64,000 nt of DNA from Thermoanaerobaculia bacterium. Its GTDB lineage: Bacteria > Acidobacteriota > Thermoanaerobaculia > UBA5066. The notes below the pieces were generated by a model, which searched no databases, had not been told where the DNA came from, and worked only from the letters and a program-made list of their open reading frames with translations. The stretch's first letter is position 1. Every line of letters begins with the position of its first letter. A program made the position numbers and the translations under genes. Of this stretch, positions 58,712 through 64,000 are shown in pieces. Location of the stretch: positions 160,001-224,000 of the forward strand of contig CAWFJJ010000030.1 in assembly GCA_963816185.1 (NCBI GenBank), given 5' to 3'.

Positions 58712-59809
58712 TCAGGCCCACACACGATCGAGAAAGCGCACGTCGTTCTCGAAGAAGAGACGCAGGTCCGGAACGCCGTAGACGAGGAACGCGACCCGGT
58801 CGATACCCATGCCGAAAGCGAACCCCGAATACTTCTCGGGGTCGATTCCCCCGCTCCTCAGCACGGCGGGATGGACCATCCCCGCGCCCAGGATCTCGAT
58901 CCAGCCGGTGCCCGAGCACGGCCGGCACGCGGCGCCATGGGAGGCGCCCGTTCCTTTGCAGAAAACGCACGAGACGGCCACGTCAACGCCGGGCTCGACG
59001 AACGGAAAGAACGTCGGGCCGAACCGGATCTTCGTTTCGGACGTGAAGAGCAGGCGCGCGAACGCGGCGAGCGTGCCCTTCAGATCGGCGAACGTCACGC
59101 CTTCGTCCACCGTGAGGCCTTCCATCTGGTGGAAAACGGGCGAGTGGCGCGGATCGATGTCGTCCTTCCGGTAGACGCGCCCCGGGATGACGATCCGAAT
59201 CGGCGGCTTCTGTGCGAGCATCGTCCGGATCTGGACCGGCGACGTGTGCGTGCGCAGAAGCAGCCGGTCCCGGCCTTCCCCGCCGTCCTTCACGAAGAAC
59301 GTATCGACGGCGTCGCGCGCCGGATGGTCGGGCGGGAAGTTGAGCGCCCCGAAGTTCAGCCAGTCGGTCTCGACGTCAGGGCCGTGCGCGATCTCGTAGC
59401 CCAGCGACGCGAAGGCGGACTCGATCCGCCGCCTCACGACCGTGAGGGGGTGCAACCGTCCCACGCGTGGAGAGCGCGGCGGGAGCGTCACGTCCACGGC
59501 GAGCGCCCGCTCCTTTTGCCGGCGTTCGATGAGAAGAGAAGATTCTTCGAGTGAAGAGATCGCTCCCTCGACGTCCTTCTTCAACCTGTTGATGGCCGCG
59601 CCGACGGGAGCCTTGTCTTCCTTCGAAAGGGTCCGAAGGCCCTTCAGGAGATCCGTGACGATGCCTTGCTTCTGTCCGAGCCAACGCACGTGCAGAGCGC
59701 GCACATCCGCCGGGAGGAGCCCCCCGGCCGCGGCCTTCCCCTCGGCGGTCTTCAATTCTTCGAAGAAATCTCTTCGTCTTTCTTCGATCGCCTGAAGAAG
59801 GTCCACCAC
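58712..59809 (-). CDS. pheS: Phenylalanine-tRNA ligase alpha subunit
   Basis: HPARD, LRTHTSPVQ, GRVYR, FHQMEGL, FPFVEP, GFAFGMGIDR. Confidence 0.96.
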   Translation of the reverse strand: MVDLLQAIEERRRDFFEELKTAEGKAAAGGLLPADVRALHVRWLGQKQGIVTDLLKGLRTLSKEDKAPVGAAINRLKKDVEGAISSLEESSLLIERRQKERALAVDVTLPPRSPRVGRLHPLTVVRRRIESAFASLGYEIAHGPDVETDWLNFGALNFPPDHPARDAVDTFFVKDGGEGRDRLLLRTHTSPVQIRTMLAQKPPIRIVIPGRVYRKDDIDPRHSPVFHQMEGLTVDEGVTFADLKGTLAAFARLLFTSETKIRFGPTFFPFVEPGVDVAVSCVFCKGTGASHGAACRPCSGTGWIEILGAGMVHPAVLRSGGIDPEKYSGFAFGMGIDRVAFLVYGVPDLRLFFENDVRFLDRVWA

Positions 59810-59835
59810 CGCTCGTGCGCTTCGTCCGCGGGCGC

Positions 59836-60234
59836 CTACGCGCCCGCGCTCGCGGGCGCGGCCGCACTCGCCGCGGGCAGCCCCAGAGCAGTCTTCGCTG
59901 ACGCGACGATGTTCGCGAATCCCTTCGGATCCTCGACGGCGATTTCAGCGAGGACCTTGCGGTTCACGTCCGATCCTGCCTTTTTCAGACCCGCCATGAG
60001 CTTGCTGTAGCTGAGGTCGTGCTGGCGTGCGGCCGCGTTGATGCGGACGATCCAGAGCCCGCGGAACTCGCGCTTCTTCTGCTTACGGTCGCGCGTCGCG
60101 TAGACGAGCGACCGCTCGACCTGAAGCTCGGCGATGCGAAAGCAGTTGTGCTTGGTGCCGTAATAACCCTTCGCGAGCTCCAGAACTCGTACCCGGCGAT
60201 TCTTCCTCTTGGGTCCACGCTTGACGCGAGGCAT
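59836..60234 (-). CDS. rplT: 50S ribosomal protein L20
   Basis: [35 protein letters not shown]. Confidence 0.97.
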   Translation of the reverse strand: MPRVKRGPKRKNRRVRVLELAKGYYGTKHNCFRIAELQVERSLVYATRDRKQKKREFRGLWIVRINAAARQHDLSYSKLMAGLKKAGSDVNRKVLAEIAVEDPKGFANIVASAKTALGLPAASAAAPASAGA

Positions 60235-60262
60235 GGTGTCTCTCCTTGTGTTGTGAACTCGT

Positions 60263-60463
60263 TCAGGCGTACGGGAGCATCGACCGGACGTTCTTCGTGT
60301 CCGCCTTCGACACGAGAGTGGCCTTCTTGAGGCCCCGCAGGCGGCTCGCGTTCTTCTTCGTGAGAATGTGGCGCTTCATCGCGTGACCGCGTTTGAACTT
60401 GCCGGTCGCGGTCTTGTGGAACCGCTTCGCCGCGCCGCGGTGCGTCTTCCTCTTGGTGGCCAT
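60263..60463 (-). CDS. rpmI: 50S ribosomal protein L35
   Basis: [23 protein letters not shown]. Confidence 0.96.
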   Translation of the reverse strand: MATKRKTHRGAAKRFHKTATGKFKRGHAMKRHILTKKNASRLRGLKKATLVSKADTKNVRSMLPYA

Positions 60464-60478
60464 GTTCGGGGCTCCTTC

Positions 60479-61030
60479 TCAGTGCTTCTTGATCGGGCCG
60501 AGGATCTGATGCATCCGGTTTCCCATCATCTCGGTGCCGGATTCGGCGTGGGCCCGGCCCTCGAGGTCCTTGATCAGCCGGTCGAGGACTTTCCGCCCGT
60601 TGTCGAGGCGCGACATTTCTCGGCCGCGGAACTGGACCGTGGCCTTGACCTTGTCCCCCTCCGCCAGAAACCGGAGGATGTTCTTCAGCTTGAAGTCGTA
60701 GTCGTGCTCGTCGATGTTCGGCCGGAACTTGATTTCCTTGACCTGGGTGATCTTCTGCTTCTTCTTCGACTCGTGCTCTTTCTTCTTCTTCTCGAACGTG
60801 AACTTGCCGAAGTCCATGATCTTGCAGACCGGGGGATCGGCCTGCTCGGCGATCACGACGACGTCGAGCCCCTCCTCGCGCGCCTTCGCGATGGCCGACG
60901 GCGGATCGACGACGCCGAGCTGGGCGCCGTCCGAGCCGATGAGCCGGACGTGCTGGAAGCGGAGGATGAACTCGTTGATGGGAGAGTTCTTCGTGGGGGG
61001 AACGCGTGGGCCGCCTCTGAAAAATGCCAG
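60479..61030 (-). CDS. infC: Translation initiation factor IF-3 (probable CTG start)
   Basis: In-frame INEFI..VRLIGSDGAQLGV upstream of the ORF-track start; PPVCKIMDFGK, KEIKFRP, FRGRE; AGGAGG 8 nt before CTG. Confidence 0.93.
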   Translation of the reverse strand: MAFFRGGPRVPPTKNSPINEFILRFQHVRLIGSDGAQLGVVDPPSAIAKAREEGLDVVVIAEQADPPVCKIMDFGKFTFEKKKKEHESKKKQKITQVKEIKFRPNIDEHDYDFKLKNILRFLAEGDKVKATVQFRGREMSRLDNGRKVLDRLIKDLEGRAHAESGTEMMGNRMHQILGPIKKH

Positions 61031-61086
61031 GGTGTCTTCCTCCTACTGTTGCTTAAGAAAGATTGGGGTTTCTGTTTCGGACGGTA

Positions 61087-61167
61087 TTCCCCGAACTTCC
61101 GGAGTCAAGGGCGCGCTCTGCGCGCCGCGTAGCGGTCTTCGACCCTTGACACCGGAAGTTCGGGAAA
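61087..61167. repeat. Palindromic cruciform (REP/REPIN-like) element, copy 1
   Basis: cccgaacttccgg-a-gtcaaggg / cccttgac-a-ccggaagttcggg arms enclosing two small hairpins and GCGTAGC. Confidence 0.8.
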
Positions 61168-61217
61168 AGATCTTCCGCTATCGGCGGCTGCATCGCAGCC
61201 GCCGCGTATGAGCAACA

Positions 61218-63209
61218 TCAGACGCCCCCCGTCGCGGGCGCGTGCCAGGAGAGCGCCCGGCTGTCCACCGCACTCTTCATCATTCGAAGCAATTCTTCGA
61301 TATTCTGATCCTTGAACTCCCCGCCGTGGCGGACGCGGAGGGAAACCGTGCCCGCCGCCTGCTCCTTCTCGCCGACGATGAGAAGAGCCGGCACTTTCTC
61401 GAGCTCGCCGTGGCGGATCTTCGCGCCCAGCTTCTCGTTGCGGGAATCCACCGAGGCACGCAGGCTTTCTTCTCTTACCCTTCTAAGAATCTTCTCTCCG
61501 TATTCGTTGAACTTCTCCGAGACCGGGACGACGCGTACCTGCTCCGGCGCGAGCCAGAACGGAAAGTCGCCGCCCGTGTGCTCGATGAGGATGCCGAGGA
61601 ACCTCTCGAGGGACCCGAGGATGGCGCGGTGCAGGAGGACCGGCCGCTGCTTCGTGCCGTCCTCGGCCGTGTAATGGAGGTCGAAGAGCTCGGGGAGATT
61701 GAAGTCGCACTGGAACGTGCCGAGCTGCCACGGCCGTCCGATCGCGTCGTTCACGCGGAAGTCGATCTTCGGGCCGTAGAACGCCCCGTCTCCGGGCGAG
61801 ACGACGTAAGGCCGCCCCGTGGCCTTCAGGGCCGCGTCGAGCACCTTCTCGGCGCGGTCCCACACGGCGTCTTTTCCGACGCGCTTCTCGGGCCTCAGGC
61901 CGAGCGAGATCGCGACGTCCTCGAATGCGAACGTCCCGTAGACCTCGTCGAGGAAGGTGAGGAAGGACGCCACTTCACTGTCGATGCTCTCCGGCGCCGC
62001 GAAGATGTGCGCGTCGTCCTGCGAGAAGGAACGGACGCGCGTGAGACCCTGCGTGACGCCCGACTTCTCGTACCGGTGGAGCCGCGCGAAATCGGCGTAC
62101 CTTACGGGGAGGTCCCGGTAGCTGAACGCCTGCGATCCGAACACGAGGCAATGCCCCGGGCAGTTCATCGGCTTCACGCCGAACTCGCGCTCGTCGACCT
62201 GGACGAAGAACATGTTCTCGCGGTAGTTGCCCGTGTGCCCCGAGGTCGTGAACAGCTCCTCGTCGAAGATCTGGGGCGTGAGGATTTCCTGATACCCGTA
62301 CTTGACGTACAGGTTGCGGATCCAGTCGATCAGGAGGTTGTAGACCGTCGCACCCTTCGGGAGGAAGAACGGCGACGCCGGCGCCCACGGGTGGAACACG
62401 AAGAGACCGAGCTCCTTGCCGAGTTTGCGATGGTCGCGCGCTTTCGCGGCCTCGAGACGGGCGAGATGCTCGTCGAGCTCCTTCTGTGTGAGGAAGACGG
62501 CCCCGTAGATGCGCTGGAGCATCGGGTTCCTCTCGTCGCCCTTCCAGTACGCGCCCGCAGAATGCGTGAGCTTGAAGACGCCGAGCTTACCCGTCGACGG
62601 CACGTGCGGGCCCCGGCAGAGGTCGATGAAGTCCTTCTGCTCGTAGCACGAGAGGCTGCCCTCGGGAATGCCCGCGACGATCTCGACCTTGAGCGGATCG
62701 TTCTGGGCCTCGAAGATCTTCACGGCCGCGGCCTTCGACATCTCCTTGCGGACGACGGCATTGTCCTCGGCGACGATCCTCTTCATCTCGGCCTCGATCT
62801 TCTCGAGGTCTTCGGGCGTGAACGGCCGGCCCGGGTCGAAGTCGTAGTAGAAGCCGTCCTCGATGGCCGGTCCGATGCCGATCTTCACGCCCGGGAACAG
62901 GCGCTTCACGGCATTTGCGCAAAGGTGTGCCGTGGAATGCCGGTAGAGCTCCAGGGCGGCAGGATGCTTCGGGGTCACGACCTCGAACGGGCCCGACTTC
63001 CGGAGCGGGCGGGAAAGGTCGAGGACGTCGCCCGCGAGCTTCACGGCGAGAGCGTCCTTGGCGAGGCGCGGACCGATGGACTCGGCCACGGCACGGCCCG
63101 TGGTGCCCGAAGGCACGTCGCGTACGGAGCCGTCGGGCAGCGTCAGACGAATGTTTCCGCCATCTCCCACCGCCGGATCAGTTTGCTTCGCGCCTTCCAC
63201 TGACGACAT
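61218..63209 (-). CDS. thrS: Threonine-tRNA ligase
   Basis: TGS domain, HSTAH, DLCRGPH, RDHRKLG, KPMNCPGH, RVRSFSQDDAH, GAFYGPK, HRAILGSLERF. Confidence 0.97.
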   Translation of the reverse strand: MSSVEGAKQTDPAVGDGGNIRLTLPDGSVRDVPSGTTGRAVAESIGPRLAKDALAVKLAGDVLDLSRPLRKSGPFEVVTPKHPAALELYRHSTAHLCANAVKRLFPGVKIGIGPAIEDGFYYDFDPGRPFTPEDLEKIEAEMKRIVAEDNAVVRKEMSKAAAVKIFEAQNDPLKVEIVAGIPEGSLSCYEQKDFIDLCRGPHVPSTGKLGVFKLTHSAGAYWKGDERNPMLQRIYGAVFLTQKELDEHLARLEAAKARDHRKLGKELGLFVFHPWAPASPFFLPKGATVYNLLIDWIRNLYVKYGYQEILTPQIFDEELFTTSGHTGNYRENMFFVQVDEREFGVKPMNCPGHCLVFGSQAFSYRDLPVRYADFARLHRYEKSGVTQGLTRVRSFSQDDAHIFAAPESIDSEVASFLTFLDEVYGTFAFEDVAISLGLRPEKRVGKDAVWDRAEKVLDAALKATGRPYVVSPGDGAFYGPKIDFRVNDAIGRPWQLGTFQCDFNLPELFDLHYTAEDGTKQRPVLLHRAILGSLERFLGILIEHTGGDFPFWLAPEQVRVVPVSEKFNEYGEKILRRVREESLRASVDSRNEKLGAKIRHGELEKVPALLIVGEKEQAAGTVSLRVRHGGEFKDQNIEELLRMMKSAVDSRALSWHAPATGGV

Positions 63210-63266
63210 CTAAAAATCCTTCTGATATTCGGGGCTGCTGCTGCAGCCCCGATAGTAGGAAATCGT

Positions 63267-63347
63267 TTTCCCGAATGACCGACGTCAAGGGCGCGCTTCG
63301 CGCGCCGCGTAGCGGTCATAGACCCTTGACTTCGGTCATTCGGGAAA
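63267..63347. repeat. Palindromic cruciform (REP/REPIN-like) element, copy 2
   Basis: tttcccgaatgaccga-c-gtcaaggg / cccttgac-t-tcggtcattcgggaaa arms; same internal layout as copy 1. Confidence 0.8.
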
Positions 63348-63412
63348 CACGGTCCCCATTCATGTCCGAGCAAGAAAGATCCGAACTCTGGTCGCGGAGG
63401 GGAACAAGAGGT

Positions 63413-63488
63413 TGGTAGGCGCTAGCGGACTCGAACCGCTGACCCCTTCCGTGTGAAGGAAGTGCTCTACCGACTGAGCTAAGCGCCT
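63413..63488 (-). tRNA. tRNA-Val(CAC)
   Basis: AGGCGCTTAGCTCAGTCGGTAGAGCACTTCCTTCACACGGAAGGGGTCAGCGGTTCGAGTCCGCTAGCGCCTACCA. Confidence 0.97.
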
Positions 63489-63530
63489 TCGAGCGGCTTC
63501 TGGGCGGCGGCACGGGAGAGGGTCGGGCGA

Positions 63531-63605
<75 letters not shown>

Positions 63606-63924
63606 GAAAAACGCGTCGCCGATTCTCTCCGCGGGCTGTCGCCGGGGGCCGTTCGCAAGAACGTCTTGTGAGCCCCGACCTCGACCCGGATCGTCTTCTC
63701 CAAAGAGCAGTTCCGGCGTTTCCGCCGGAGCGGCGGAGGATAGCACGCTGGCGCGCCGCGCGCTTCGCACGCGCCTGGGAAAGGCGCGCTAGCAGCTGCG
63801 AGTGATGGGGGAAACACGGTCGTGTTTCCCCCAGACCCCCTTTCACCGGCCGAGGAAGGCAAGTTCCTTGGCGAACGCAAAGCCAACTGGCCGTCCGCTC
63901 TGTTGAGATAGCATCTCAGCAAAC

Positions 63925-64000
63925 GTGACGCGCTGCATTCGCTGCGACGCCGAGGTTCCGGCTTCCGGCCGCTTCTGCCCGGCGTGCGGGCAACCCGCGT
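63925..64000 (+). CDS. Zinc-ribbon domain protein, 3' truncated by window
   Basis: GTG then TRCIRCDAEVPASGRFCPACGQP (CxxC..FCxxCG). Confidence 0.6.
   Translation, partial: MTRCIRCDAEVPASGRFCPACGQPA

Overview
GC-rich bacterial chromosomal window. Gene content and protein styles suggest Acidobacteriota, probably Thermoanaerobaculia (inference). It holds about 50 CDSs, 5 tRNAs (Phe, Leu, Cys, Val x2) and a 6S RNA. The right third is core housekeeping (thrS-infC-rpmI-rplT-pheS-pheT-zapB-like-zapA-6S-rny-ymdB, xseAB-ispA). Several single-base frameshifts are most likely assembly indels. Main unusual items: (1) a 12 kb locus with three different glutamate dehydrogenases and three PEP-synthase-like ATP-grasp proteins that lack a substrate domain but share a conserved S(Q/F)G(T/S)HFF His motif; one carries receiver modules and one GAF-like and nucleotidyltransferase modules, making this a candidate new phospho-His/nucleotidylation regulatory system for GDH; (2) a dispersed AT-rich motif CCTTCNAAGAAATC+(C/T)-tract, about 20 copies inside and between genes, often in inverted pairs 71-77 bp apart; (3) a tandem GAPDH pair whose first copy has lost its catalytic residues; (4) a DsbD whose thioredoxin domain is split and circularly permuted around the membrane domain; (5) two covarying 75-nt cruciform repeats bracketing thrS. 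All calls come from reading motifs by eye; no database searches were run.
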